This document shows, one piece after another, positions 8,706 to 17,560 of a stretch of 52,529 bases of DNA. Every line of letters begins with the position of its first letter. The stretch's first letter is position 1. The stretch comes from a virus (Duplodnaviria; Caudoviricetes). The DNA lies in IMG/VR virus record IMGVR_UViG_3300028569_000046, positions 1-52,529 of that record. One strand, written 5' to 3'. Position numbers and translations under genes: made by a program. The notes beneath the pieces were generated by a model, which had not been told where the DNA came from, did no database searches, and worked only from the letters and a program-made list of their open reading frames with translations.

Positions 8706-9457
8706 AACAATACAGTATAGACATGACTAAAATCAAATTTACAGACGAACATCTCCATGTGATGATGACAGCTTTGGAAGTATATTCCAGATTGCGGGCA
8801 GGACAAATCAAAATTGCCATTGATACGGCATTTCGGGATGTAGGACTGTCTTGGAAAGAATCCGAATCCATTGAAAAATTCGTGAGAGGTATCCTGTATC
8901 CTGGACCGCCCGCTTTGAAATACGCGGGAAATGGAAGTTATTGCGACCAATACGGTCGCGCTTACAATAAGGACGGGACAATGGATGATAGCCGAATGAC
9001 ATATGAAGATAAAATTCGTTTGAAGCGGTCCGAATTACATGCTCCCTGTGGAGTAGGTCATGAACAAATGATTAAAGGCGGAGGTACGTTGGCATATGAA
9101 ATCTATTCCACATTGCGTCAATATGTGTCTCTAAAAAATAATGATGGCTATGAAGGTGCTGGCGTAAGTTATAGTAGCCCTTTACAAATCACGCAAATTC
9201 CTTTGCCAGTGATTGAAGGATTTTCCGCAGACAAGCGGTTTCTTATCAAAGGGAAGACCATTGTTGATCAACTGAATAACGCTCAAGAAACCAAAAATTA
9301 CACCAAAGTTTGGGATGTTGTACGAGAATATTTGGGACGAAAATATCCTGAGCTTGACGGCTATTCTCAAGCAAAAATTGAAAAAGAGGATAATCATTAT
9401 GTTGTAATTGTAACAGGAGCAAGAAAGAAAAGAGATGAAAAAAATAATTTTGCTTAG
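8702..9457 (+). CDS. hypothetical protein
   Basis: 251 aa ORF. Confidence 0.7.
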   Translation: MKQYSIDMTKIKFTDEHLHVMMTALEVYSRLRAGQIKIAIDTAFRDVGLSWKESESIEKFVRGILYPGPPALKYAGNGSYCDQYGRAYNKDGTMDDSRMTYEDKIRLKRSELHAPCGVGHEQMIKGGGTLAYEIYSTLRQYVSLKNNDGYEGAGVSYSSPLQITQIPLPVIEGFSADKRFLIKGKTIVDQLNNAQETKNYTKVWDVVREYLGRKYPELDGYSQAKIEKEDNHYVVIVTGARKKRDEKNNFA

Positions 9458-9839
9458 AGGCGCATCTGGGTGTGGTAAAAGTTCTGTGGCACAGCTTTTT
9501 GGTGGCGAAGTTGCGATTTGCACTGCCGATGATTACTTTTATGATTCATGGGGAAAATATAATTTCAATCCTGATCATCTATCAATCGCTCATAAACAAT
9601 GCCAAGAAAAATTTGTGTATGCTCTGGATAATCCAGACTTTGATACCGTTGTGGTGGCCAACACAAACACCAAAGAACAAGACTTTCAATTTTATGTTGC
9701 TGAAGCGGAAAAACGTGGTATCATGGTATTCTCGTTGGTAGTGGAAAAACGTCACAGTGGAGTCAACACTCATGAAACACCCGATCATGTGATTGATCGG
9801 CATGTAGAGAATATTAAAAATAGCTTGAAATTAAAATAA
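9435..9839 (+). CDS. P-loop kinase (AAA_33 / polynucleotide kinase-like)
   Basis: IILLRGASGCGKSS Walker A, ADDYF, VVVANTN. Confidence 0.85.
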   Translation: MKKIILLRGASGCGKSSVAQLFGGEVAICTADDYFYDSWGKYNFNPDHLSIAHKQCQEKFVYALDNPDFDTVVVANTNTKEQDFQFYVAEAEKRGIMVFSLVVEKRHSGVNTHETPDHVIDRHVENIKNSLKLK

Positions 9840-9961
9840 TCATGAACTCGGAAATGAAAGCAAATCCTGAAGAATACAATTATGAAAAGTGGGTGGATGA
9901 AAGAATCTGGCGATACTGAGCTTAAAATTGTTCAAAACCCTAAAAATTTTAATTTGGTTAT

Positions 9962-10240
9962 ATGAAATACAAACTAAACATATCCAATGGATGCACCGCA
10001 GGAGGACATTTAGAAGTCAATGATACCTCCTATTCCTGTGAAGACAAGCGTTACGAACTATCCGCAGAACCGCGCGAAAGCTTTCATAATGATTCGTTTG
10101 CGGAAATTCGGCGCATGTTTGATGATGGGGAAATCGGCGTAAATGATTTGGTGGAATTGCTCCATGTGGAGGATACTCATTATTCCGAGACTTGCGATCA
10201 ATGCGGCGACAATATGGTGACGACTTATTACGAATTTTAA
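9962..10240 (+). CDS. hypothetical protein
   Basis: 92 aa with GCTA and C-terminal CDQCGD. Confidence 0.65.
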   Translation: MKYKLNISNGCTAGGHLEVNDTSYSCEDKRYELSAEPRESFHNDSFAEIRRMFDDGEIGVNDLVELLHVEDTHYSETCDQCGDNMVTTYYEF

Positions 10241-10242
10241 AT

Positions 10243-10536
10243 ATGAAAAAAGAAACACAGGCACTTGAAACACGTTCTCCGCAAGAGATTTTCCTCACCG
10301 CTTATCCGTGGGGATGCAGTTATCACAACGCTATTTTTGATAAAAGATTTGATCTGCTGCCCGAACATCAACAACAGATCATCAGAATGTTTTTCGGCTC
10401 TGGCTGCTACGGTGTGGCGGAAGCAATAGTGCTTTGGATGAACAGTATGGATTGTTCTGCGGGTGCAAGAGAAATGATTCTTGACTATCAAAACGAATAT
10501 GATAAACTGATGGACAAATATGAACAAAGAGCTTGA
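10243..10536 (+). CDS. hypothetical protein
   Basis: Start MKKETQ, 2 nt after the previous stop. Confidence 0.6.
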   Translation: MKKETQALETRSPQEIFLTAYPWGCSYHNAIFDKRFDLLPEHQQQIIRMFFGSGCYGVAEAIVLWMNSMDCSAGAREMILDYQNEYDKLMDKYEQRA

Positions 10537-10687
10537 AGAAACACTAAAGTCATTTTGGACAATTGATTCGACGCAACCGTTAAATCTTGATTCATTGAAC
10601 GAAAGTGAAAAGAAAATATGTGACGATATCTTACGTGCGGCAGAAGTTATGAGAGAAAATGTTAAACGATTTTTCTCACATTCTTAA
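10520..10687 (+). CDS. small hypothetical protein (55 aa)
   Basis: Read manually: MNKELEETLKSFW... Confidence 0.5.
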   Translation: MNKELEETLKSFWTIDSTQPLNLDSLNESEKKICDDILRAAEVMRENVKRFFSHS

Positions 10688-10730
10688 TACAATAAATTAT
10701 GATACAATAATCTTGTAACACTACCACACT

Positions 10731-10988
10731 ATGAAACTGATCGCAAAACAACTACATCCAGTCGAAACTCCAACCTTTACCGTTGGTCAAGAAATCATTC
10801 TCGTGGAGTGGATCTTTGATGGTCGTACTTCAATTCGCAGGCTTTATGCGCTGACCGTTACCAAAGTTAATCACACCACTTTGATCGCAGTTGATAGGAG
10901 GGGCAACGAGTGCAGTGTTGATCCTCGTACCGATAAACTTACCACTCGTGAGGAGATTATAAAAAATGCTCTTGCAGAAATCAACTGA
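10731..10988 (+). CDS. hypothetical early protein
   Basis: Follows a degenerate promoter copy (TGATACAAT...ccacact ATG). Confidence 0.65.
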   Translation: MKLIAKQLHPVETPTFTVGQEIILVEWIFDGRTSIRRLYALTVTKVNHTTLIAVDRRGNECSVDPRTDKLTTREEIIKNALAEIN

Positions 10989-10994
10989 ACAGCT

Positions 10995-11093
10995 ATGATT
11001 ACCGAATTCTTTTCACTTTGGACGCTATTTGGCTGTTTAATACTGGCCGTAGGAATTATAATACTAACATCAACAGATAACTTTCCAGAATAA
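10995..11093 (+). CDS. small membrane protein (32 aa)
   Basis: MITEFFSLWTLFGCLILAVGIIILTSTDNFPE. Confidence 0.5.
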   Translation: MITEFFSLWTLFGCLILAVGIIILTSTDNFPE

Positions 11094-11103
11094 AAAATAA
11101 AAT

Positions 11104-11349
11104 ATGAATGTAGAATTTGCAAGACTAGAAGACAATATGATTCAGTTTGAATGTACTGATTATGATGGAACAGTGTATGGTGTATCCGACACACTCCAAG
11201 ACGGAGCCGTCGTAGATACATTGGTAGTAGATATGGAAACATACGATGAAATTCAGGACAGTGAGCTTTTTAAGCGCATTGTCTCTGCTCGAGCCGAATA
11301 TATAAATGACAACACTGATATTCAAAACGCAATCAGCACGTTTGTCTAA
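11104..11349 (+). CDS. acidic hypothetical protein
   Basis: 81 aa D/E-rich ORF. Confidence 0.6.
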   Translation: MNVEFARLEDNMIQFECTDYDGTVYGVSDTLQDGAVVDTLVVDMETYDEIQDSELFKRIVSARAEYINDNTDIQNAISTFV

Positions 11350-11360
11350 GATTTAATTTT

Positions 11361-11636
11361 ATGATCATACCAATCACGAAAAACATCCATTTCGGAGCGA
11401 CTCTTGCAAGCCGAACCACCAATGAAAAGTTTGAGCAATGGGAACTTGAAGCACATACTCGACCTAGATTTGGGCGCAACTGGTGGTTTTGGTGGCCGAC
11501 GCTTAGAACAAACGGCGGGCGTTTCAGATCGTACGAAAATACTGACATCGACTTTCATTGGTTGTGTTTGTCCATGTTGATCACAGCGCATTCCTGGAAA
11601 TGTCCGACGAACAGTCACAACCTAAACACTCATTAA
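11361..11636 (+). CDS. hypothetical protein
   Basis: Trp-rich 91 aa ORF in operon position. Confidence 0.55.
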   Translation: MIIPITKNIHFGATLASRTTNEKFEQWELEAHTRPRFGRNWWFWWPTLRTNGGRFRSYENTDIDFHWLCLSMLITAHSWKCPTNSHNLNTH

Positions 11637-11640
11637 CACC

Positions 11641-11997
11641 ATGAAACAAATCCACAATACTCCGCACGCCCGAGCGGTGCTAAATACATTTGATGGGGTG
11701 GCACGTGAATTTGTCACTGACTTGGTTGACCGTGCCGAGGAATTAGAGCGTATGCTTAACGAGGCTTTGAAAAAGGTCGCTTCTGAAGATACTGGTCGCG
11801 CTATGGCCAAGTTGCTGCTGCAACGCGATGAAGCGCGGAAGGCTTGGTATGAAATGCATTCGAGCTTTGAACGCAGTCGGGACGAAGTTGAAAAGTTAAT
11901 CCGCGAGCGCGACGCTTTAAAAGCACTGCTGACCAAGGAGCAAGGCGCAACAAGCCTTGGGATGATAGTATCGCAAAATATTTCTCAAAATACGTGA
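11641..11997 (+). CDS. coiled-coil hypothetical protein
   Basis: LER.L.EA, QRDEAR and ERDA repeats. Confidence 0.65.
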   Translation: MKQIHNTPHARAVLNTFDGVAREFVTDLVDRAEELERMLNEALKKVASEDTGRAMAKLLLQRDEARKAWYEMHSSFERSRDEVEKLIRERDALKALLTKEQGATSLGMIVSQNISQNT

Positions 11998-12051
11998 CAA
12001 GTGATCTTTAAAATTCATAGCTCTCCAACCAACAACAATAATAATACAAAT

Positions 12052-12291
12052 ATGATGATACAATGCAATACAACGGACGCGTTACAAACAGCACACACTG
12101 CTTTTGAAGGCAATAACTTTAAGTTTGATTTTTATAAAGATCTGAAAACACTCAAGTTTTTTACAAAGGAAGCTTTGGACAATGCGGTTTTTCTAATTCA
12201 AACACTCGGTCTAAAAAATGACACAGACTTTCAAATTGTGCCTCATTTTGACTATGACAATCCTTCGATTTATGCACCTGGAAAGCTCTGA
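12052..12291 (+). CDS. hypothetical protein
   Basis: ORF 12001..12291; likely start MMIQC after an A/C-rich leader. Confidence 0.55.
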   Translation: MMIQCNTTDALQTAHTAFEGNNFKFDFYKDLKTLKFFTKEALDNAVFLIQTLGLKNDTDFQIVPHFDYDNPSIYAPGKL

Positions 12292-12301
12292 GGTTTTTAT
12301 G

Positions 12302-12309
12302 TATAAATA
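12302..12309 (+). promoter_or_regulatory. T4-type late promoter
   Basis: Intergenic TATAAATA. Confidence 0.7.
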
Positions 12310-12363
12310 ATTTTAGTAATACTACAATGGTATTACCAAACCAAAACACAAACACACAAAACA

Positions 12364-12633
12364 ATGAATAATAAAAACGCATATGAAATCCGCCTGGAAG
12401 TATTAAGTCTCGCTCACAGCGATTCTTGGAATACGTATCACGAAAAGTTGAATGTTCTTAGAGAACAAGATCAACGCGCAATGGAAGATTATTACAGAAA
12501 GAGGGACGCGAATATATCCACTCCGTTGCCTATGCTTTCATTTACCGCTGCGGCAATTGAAGCGCATATTCCGTCGCCAGCAGATATTAAAGCTCGTGCA
12601 GCAGAACTTTACAGTTTTGTAGAAGGAGTATAA
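12364..12633 (+). CDS. conserved T4-like phage small protein
   Basis: NAYEIRLEVL...PS..DIKARAAELYSFV pattern. Confidence 0.75.
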   Translation: MNNKNAYEIRLEVLSLAHSDSWNTYHEKLNVLREQDQRAMEDYYRKRDANISTPLPMLSFTAAAIEAHIPSPADIKARAAELYSFVEGV

Positions 12634-12639
12634 GAAACA

Positions 12640-12695
12640 TAAGATGGAGTTTCTATAGAAATTCTTTTTGTTTCAATTGTAGAAACTCCATCTTA
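12640..12695. terminator. 16-bp inverted repeat between convergent genes
   Basis: taagatggagtttcta / tagaaactccatctta. Confidence 0.6.
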
Positions 12696-13510
12696 AAACA
12701 TTTCAATTTATAAGATTGTAATGGAACATCATTGATCCAGGATGCACTGTTACTAAAACCACTGCCCCACCAATGATATGCATTGGTAAATTGATGGATT
12801 TTATCACTGTTGGTCATAATAAAATAATCGGCCAGTGTTCCGGCCACATCACCGTTTCCCACTGTAAGGTGTGTCGTTGCGCCGTTGGTTGTGTATAATC
12901 CAAATTTTTTTGCAATTAAGTTTTTAATTGCTGTGCTATCGGATAATACAATAATGTGTTTATTTGAACCTTTTCTTATGTGTGTAATCGTTTTACCAAT
13001 TTCATCATATAATCTTTCAATGACATTTCTTTTTAAAGCTCCACCAAAAGCAACAGGATCACCTGTTCTTATGTGAATTGTTTCGTATGAAGCCATGTTA
13101 AAAGAAGGATGGCATACACTTGAAATTTTATCTTGCAAAAGATCATTTGGGATCATACTGTTTCTTACAAAAGTTTTACAGTCCTGCGATATTGGAAAAG
13201 TTTGAAATGCATTACAATATGTTCTTAGCACCTTACCTTTGCGGTAATGCTTTTTGATCTTATTCCACAATTCCAAAGTGGAGCGTAATTCATCTTCATA
13301 CACATCAATAAGATCAATGGATTTTTGTGCACCACTTTCACTTGATTCTTCGTGACCTTTTAAATATGCACCCATTGGATGTTGTGAAAAATCAACGTCA
13401 AAAGGAATGTTCTTTTCGGCGCAAACTTGGTGCAATGCTATATTGCCTCTAATAAAATCGCCCAAACCCATTCCATTGATTGGTCGTGTTTTGTATGTAT
13501 TGATTATCAC
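12653..13510 (-). CDS. fucosyltransferase-like glycosyltransferase (NodZ/GT11/GT23-like fold)
   Basis: GMGLGDFIRG, IHIRTGD, VLSDS, ADYF.M and SGFS motifs. Confidence 0.75.
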   Translation of the reverse strand: MIINTYKTRPINGMGLGDFIRGNIALHQVCAEKNIPFDVDFSQHPMGAYLKGHEESSESGAQKSIDLIDVYEDELRSTLELWNKIKKHYRKGKVLRTYCNAFQTFPISQDCKTFVRNSMIPNDLLQDKISSVCHPSFNMASYETIHIRTGDPVAFGGALKRNVIERLYDEIGKTITHIRKGSNKHIIVLSDSTAIKNLIAKKFGLYTTNGATTHLTVGNGDVAGTLADYFIMTNSDKIHQFTNAYHWWGSGFSNSASWINDVPLQSYKLKCFKMEFLQLKQKEFL

Positions 13511-13514
13511 ATTT

Positions 13515-13522
13515 TATTTATA
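13515..13522 (-). promoter_or_regulatory. T4-type late promoter
   Basis: TATAAATA on the minus strand, 4 nt before GTG 13510. Confidence 0.65.
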
Positions 13523-13538
13523 GTAAACTCATTTTGTT

Positions 13539-13568
13539 GTTTACAAACGCCAAAAAATATGGTAGAAT
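13539..13568 (+). promoter_or_regulatory. early promoter
   Basis: GTTTACA-17-TAGAAT with TGG. Confidence 0.8.
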
Positions 13569-13574
13569 ATTGAC

Positions 13575-13745
13575 GTGAAAGAACATTATGGCATTTTTAA
13601 GAAAGGCGACTCCCGCGTAGTTTTTGCTGGGCGACAAGAAGTCGTACAACGTGCATACGACTGTTTAAAAGACTGTTTCTACTTTACCGCAGGAACAGCC
13701 AAAGCTCGTGAGGATGCGTTTCCTTATTACATTAAACAACTTTAA
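13575..13745 (+). CDS. small, probably leaderless protein (56 aa)
   Basis: GTG 6 nt after the -10 box; MKEHYGIFKKGDSRVVFAG... Confidence 0.55.
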   Translation: MKEHYGIFKKGDSRVVFAGRQEVVQRAYDCLKDCFYFTAGTAKAREDAFPYYIKQL

Positions 13746-13750
13746 GCATT

Positions 13751-14653
13751 ATGAAACTCGGATTGGTATGTATTAGCGAAATTCTTAAAGCAAATGAAAA
13801 AATTGCATTTAAGACAATGACGCGCAAAAGCTTTAACAGCATGGATCGCAATACGGCAATTGCAATTTTAAGTTCTCGCATATTGCACAACACAATTGTG
13901 GTGCGTCAAATTATTGCGCATCTTTCCAATGTTGGAATAAGTCATTACAGAATAAGCAGCTGTATGTTCCCGTTGGTTACGGATCCTTCATTGCAATTAT
14001 CTTATGCTGATCTGCCAGACATTGATGCTATTAAAAACAATTTGGAAAGTGCAGGATCACTTGCGAGGCAATGCAACATATCATTAAGTTGCCACCCAGA
14101 TCAATTTAATGTCCTTGCCAGCTACAATCCAAGTGTTGTGGAAAAAACAATTGTTGAATTAAATCATCAATCATATGTCCTTGATCTAATGGGTTGCGCG
14201 CAAGACTTATCTTCTCCAATGTGTTTACATCTTAATCGTGCTCCAGACTTTAAACGAGAAAGTTTGGAACAATACAAAGCACGATTTTTGACCAATTTGT
14301 CATGCTGCAGTGATGGTGTTCGTGCACGTCTTGTGTTGGAAAATGAAGATAAATCATTTTGGAATTGCCGCAATTTGTATGAACATTTTTCTGATGTCCG
14401 AGCATTGGTGTATGATAACTTACACGATGCTTGTAATCCATCGTGCGAAATGGAAAATATTATACAATTGTTTCGAGATACTTGGGCACAATATGTTCCG
14501 GTATTTCATTGGAGCGAAGGCATAAACGGATCGCGAGCGCATTGTGATCGTGCATCACACGTACCATCTTGTGTAACGGAAAATCTTGATTGTACATGGG
14601 AAGTGGAATTAAAAGCAAAGGATTTTGCTATACTGGAAATTTTAAATAAATAA
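13751..14653 (+). CDS. uvsE: UV damage endonuclease
   Basis: LGLVCI, YRISS, HPDQF, LENED, YDNLHD, HWSE and EVELKAKD motifs. Confidence 0.92.
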   Translation: MKLGLVCISEILKANEKIAFKTMTRKSFNSMDRNTAIAILSSRILHNTIVVRQIIAHLSNVGISHYRISSCMFPLVTDPSLQLSYADLPDIDAIKNNLESAGSLARQCNISLSCHPDQFNVLASYNPSVVEKTIVELNHQSYVLDLMGCAQDLSSPMCLHLNRAPDFKRESLEQYKARFLTNLSCCSDGVRARLVLENEDKSFWNCRNLYEHFSDVRALVYDNLHDACNPSCEMENIIQLFRDTWAQYVPVFHWSEGINGSRAHCDRASHVPSCVTENLDCTWEVELKAKDFAILEILNK

Positions 14654-14657
14654 AGAT

Positions 14658-15176
14658 ATGAGCGTATATTTCATCGGAGACCCGCACCTAGGACACCGCA
14701 ACATTGCAAAGTTTCGACCTTTTGTAACTTCAACAGAGCACAACACACAATTGTTTCTTGACAGTTGGCATAAAACCATTAGGAAAAATGACATTGTTTA
14801 CTTTATGGGTGATGCTGCATTTGATAAAGAATCATTGGATTTGATTGGTAACCTGCGTGCCCGAAAGATTCTTATTAAAGGTAACCATGATAACATGGTA
14901 TCAACGGTGGATCAAGCCGCAGTATTTGAAGAAATTCATGGAATGCTTAAATACAAAGGAATGTGGCTGACGCACTGCCCAATACATCCGGATGAAATGC
15001 GTGGTCGCAAATGTAACATTCATGGCCATGTGCACAACAAAAGCATAATGAAAGGTTACGGTCCATGGAAGCGTCCTGACCGTAAATACATTAATACCTG
15101 CGTAGACGTTGTTTATCCAAAATATGGTACTATGTTTCTAAACTTGGAAGAAGTAAAAAGAATAATTAATTTGTAA
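14658..15176 (+). CDS. calcineurin-like metallophosphoesterase
   Basis: GDPHLGH, MGD, KGNHD, THCP and HGHVH motifs. Confidence 0.9.
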   Translation: MSVYFIGDPHLGHRNIAKFRPFVTSTEHNTQLFLDSWHKTIRKNDIVYFMGDAAFDKESLDLIGNLRARKILIKGNHDNMVSTVDQAAVFEEIHGMLKYKGMWLTHCPIHPDEMRGRKCNIHGHVHNKSIMKGYGPWKRPDRKYINTCVDVVYPKYGTMFLNLEEVKRIINL

Positions 15177-15188
15177 ATTTGATTTTTG

Positions 15189-15196
15189 TATAAATA
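15189..15196 (+). promoter_or_regulatory. T4-type late promoter
   Basis: TATAAATA upstream of the putative lysis cassette. Confidence 0.75.
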
Positions 15197-15244
15197 CCAT
15201 TGATGATGCCATGTCGGTATCAGTAACAACAACAACACAAATAT

Positions 15245-15439
15245 ATGGACATACTACTTAATTTTATTTCTGAACAATCATGGTTTGGTATTGTAACTGC
15301 AGCTATTGCTCTTGCAAGTGCAATTGCAGCTGCGACACCTACACCAAAACCTGGAACTGTTCTTGCCAAATTGTACACCGTCATTGATTTTCTCGCTCTT
15401 AATATTGGTAATGCAAAGGATGATGGTACGAAAAAATGA
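15245..15439 (+). CDS. putative holin / small membrane protein
   Basis: TM segment, ASAIAAATPTP..IDFLALN pattern, charged C-terminus. Confidence 0.55.
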   Translation: MDILLNFISEQSWFGIVTAAIALASAIAAATPTPKPGTVLAKLYTVIDFLALNIGNAKDDGTKK

Positions 15440-15669
15440 ACACGCTAAGTTTGTTTTTGGTTGCCATAACCGAACTTGCTGTACAGTATGGTGCTTATCT
15501 TAAAAGCAAAAGAGAAAATGAAATCGACAAAATTGAAGATGAAATTGATGCTCTCGCTGCTGATGGCAGTCCTGCTAGCAAATTGCGGATTGAACGGTTG
15601 GCCAAAAGAATCAAACGAAAGAGCGAACGGCTCAAATCTTTACACTCCGGAAACAGTAACATTAGTTGA
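15436..15669 (+). CDS. putative inner-membrane spanin (Rz-like)
   Basis: Hydrophobic N-terminus followed by a coiled coil; overlapped by a lipoprotein ORF. Confidence 0.55.
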   Translation: MNTLSLFLVAITELAVQYGAYLKSKRENEIDKIEDEIDALAADGSPASKLRIERLAKRIKRKSERLKSLHSGNSNIS

Positions 15670-15778
15670 AGGTATATCGTACCAATTTAAAGAAGGAGTG
15701 TTAATTGGTCGCGATGGAGAAAAATACCACAACGATTACAGCTATCGTAGAGCAATAATTATTGGTTCATACAAATAA
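15518..15778 (+). CDS. putative outer-membrane lipoprotein spanin (Rz1-like)
   Basis: +1 frame; signal peptide MK(STKLKMK)LMLSLLMAVLLAN-C with a lipobox-like Cys; alternative start 15539. Confidence 0.6.
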   Translation: MKSTKLKMKLMLSLLMAVLLANCGLNGWPKESNERANGSNLYTPETVTLVEGISYQFKEGVLIGRDGEKYHNDYSYRRAIIIGSYK

Positions 15779-15799
15779 TTATCAAAATTCTACAAACTT

Positions 15800-15833
15800 A
15801 AAACCAAGAGGTACTTTATCCTCTTGGTTTTTT
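15800..15833 (+). terminator. Rho-independent terminator
   Basis: aaaaccaagagg-loop-cctcttggtttt plus T run. Confidence 0.85.
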
Positions 15834-15850
15834 GTTTAATACTTCTACAA

Positions 15851-15858
15851 TATAAATA
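15851..15858 (+). promoter_or_regulatory. T4-type late promoter
   Basis: TATAAATA 6 nt before ATG 15865. Confidence 0.75.
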
Positions 15859-15864
15859 AACATT

Positions 15865-16098
15865 ATGTCTATAACATCACAATATCGAAAAATGTATCAA
15901 TCTCAAAGTCTTAAGGAAGGTGTATCTTATCAAGACATAAATGACGTTCTTAAAAACTTTCAAGATAAAGTTTTGGATCCTTTTATTTTGGATAAGGATC
16001 TCAATCAAGAACTTGTACTTCAATTGAAGGACATATATGATACAATGGATAAATTAATAAAAGGTGATCTTTTGGAATTAAGAAAAGGTGAACAATAA
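15865..16098 (+). CDS. late small protein, possible internal head protein
   Basis: Own late promoter; leader ..YRKMY..SLKE-G. Confidence 0.6.
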   Translation: MSITSQYRKMYQSQSLKEGVSYQDINDVLKNFQDKVLDPFILDKDLNQELVLQLKDIYDTMDKLIKGDLLELRKGEQ

Positions 16099-16109
16099 TA
16101 CATTTTGTT

Positions 16110-16138
16110 GTTTACATACTTTTGAAATTTGATATAAT
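16110..16138 (+). promoter_or_regulatory. early promoter
   Basis: GTTTACA...TGATATAAT. Confidence 0.7.
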
Positions 16139-16144
16139 AATATT

Positions 16145-16285
16145 AAGGTCTTAAAGGCGCCATAATGGCTTGACCTTGTTTTGTTATAAAACAAACATTA
16201 AAAGTACCGAAGGTTCCCGAAGGGATGACAAATGTGTGTATGATTCCTTCTATGGTAGGATTGGATGGTAATTTCCAACCGTAAA
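16145..16285 (+). ncRNA. candidate structured non-coding RNA, unknown class
   Basis: Promoter followed by no credible ORF and several consecutive stems. Confidence 0.45.
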
Positions 16286-16300
16286 AAACCTTAAAATTTT

Positions 16301-16330
16301 GTTTACAACCGCGGTAAAGTATGGTAGAAT
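16301..16330 (+). promoter_or_regulatory. early promoter
   Basis: GTTTACA-17-TAGAAT. Confidence 0.8.
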
Positions 16331-16339
16331 AGTACCGTA

Positions 16340-16651
16340 ATGACCGCCTACCCTTTGGAAGATTCACTCCGTTCTCGTAAGACTCCTATTTTTGGAGTCC
16401 GTGAAAAGACCTACGGAAAAACTCACGATGTCTATACAGGTGCACCATGCATTTGGTCCGCCGACAGAGGCGCAACTCATACGCTTTATTGCGGTGAAAC
16501 TGAAGGGCCGTTTCGGCGTCCTGGTACTGGAACGCGTCCTGCTCGGCTTCTTAAAACGGTTCTTTATGTAGGAACTGATGAAGAAAATGATGCAATTGTT
16601 TGGGAAAAATGGCACATTCAAACACTTTGGACCTTTGCTAACGACAAATAA
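16340..16651 (+). CDS. hypothetical early protein
   Basis: ATG 9 nt after the -10 box. Confidence 0.65.
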   Translation: MTAYPLEDSLRSRKTPIFGVREKTYGKTHDVYTGAPCIWSADRGATHTLYCGETEGPFRRPGTGTRPARLLKTVLYVGTDEENDAIVWEKWHIQTLWTFANDK

Positions 16652-16718
16652 TTGAAAAAAGATGTTTACAGCTGCCATAGAATATGGTAGAATATCTTTG
16701 TAAGGAAATACCACAACA
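16652..16718 (+). promoter_or_regulatory. repeated early promoter/RBS cassette, diverged copy
   Basis: ttgaaaaaagatgtttaca...tatggtagaat...gtaaggaaataccacaaca. Confidence 0.8.
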
Positions 16719-16720
16719 TT

Positions 16721-17110
16721 ATGCACACACGTTCAACAATCTCAATTCAAACATCGGAAGATGCCATCCGCACCATTTATTGTCATTATGATGGTTACCT
16801 AAGTCACGTCGGCGCAATGCTGCATACATATTACAATACTGAAGAAAAGGCCAATGCACTAATTGACCTTGGAGATCTTTCCAGTCTTGATAAAAATATG
16901 ACGCCTGATCCAGATGCACGTCACAGCTTTGATCATAAGCAAACAGATGTGGTTGTAGCATATCATCGTGACCGCGGTGAAGCACTACACATTGACCGAT
17001 CCGTTTCAATTCATGAGATTGACAGTCAAGAGTATAACTACATTTTTAAGGACGGTGCATGGTACTATTGGACCAATGACACCAGGAAGCTTCAACTTCT
17101 TACATTTTAA
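16721..17110 (+). CDS. conserved hypothetical protein (IYCHxDGY family)
   Basis: TRSTI, IYCHYDGYLSHVG, LIDLGDLSSL, AYHRDRGE and EYNYIF. Confidence 0.8.
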   Translation: MHTRSTISIQTSEDAIRTIYCHYDGYLSHVGAMLHTYYNTEEKANALIDLGDLSSLDKNMTPDPDARHSFDHKQTDVVVAYHRDRGEALHIDRSVSIHEIDSQEYNYIFKDGAWYYWTNDTRKLQLLTF

Positions 17111-17114
17111 AAGT

Positions 17115-17264
17115 ATGTCAAACGAACAATCTGAAATGAAAATTGGTGATATTATTGTAGGTGTCATTGTGTTTTTGCCTTCAATACTACTATTGTTATT
17201 TTCTCTGACCATTCTTGCCGGAATGATTACAGCGCTCGTAAAATTGATCACAATTTGGTTTTAA
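17115..17264 (+). CDS. small membrane protein
   Basis: Long hydrophobic stretch. Confidence 0.55.
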   Translation: MSNEQSEMKIGDIIVGVIVFLPSILLLLFSLTILAGMITALVKLITIWF

Positions 17265-17266
17265 TC

Positions 17267-17491
17267 GTGCACGTTCACCGACATTTTAAAACTATTGATG
17301 ATACATTGTTTCTTATAAACATATCATACCAATCGGATGATTCAATGATTGTTTTAAGCAATTTTACAATGCACTCAATAGTCGACAACATTGTCGGTCC
17401 TAATATTGTAAAAAAAGAGCTGAAAGATTTTGACGCGCTGGCCTTGTCTAATATTTTTGACATACTAATAGGCGATGGCGCATTAAGTTAA
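17267..17491 (+). CDS. hypothetical protein
   Basis: ORF 17255..17491, GTG start after the previous stop. Confidence 0.45.
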   Translation: MHVHRHFKTIDDTLFLINISYQSDDSMIVLSNFTMHSIVDNIVGPNIVKKELKDFDALALSNIFDILIGDGALS

Positions 17492-17560
17492 CAATAAATA
17501 AACTTATGATATTTAAAACATACATTAAAGAAGGTTATAACAAAATACTATATAACATAT

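Noticed and set aside
9842-9965. Two short overlapping ORFs (25-27 aa) between the kinase and the next gene
   Set aside because: Too short with no recognisable motif; cannot tell a gene from a remnant
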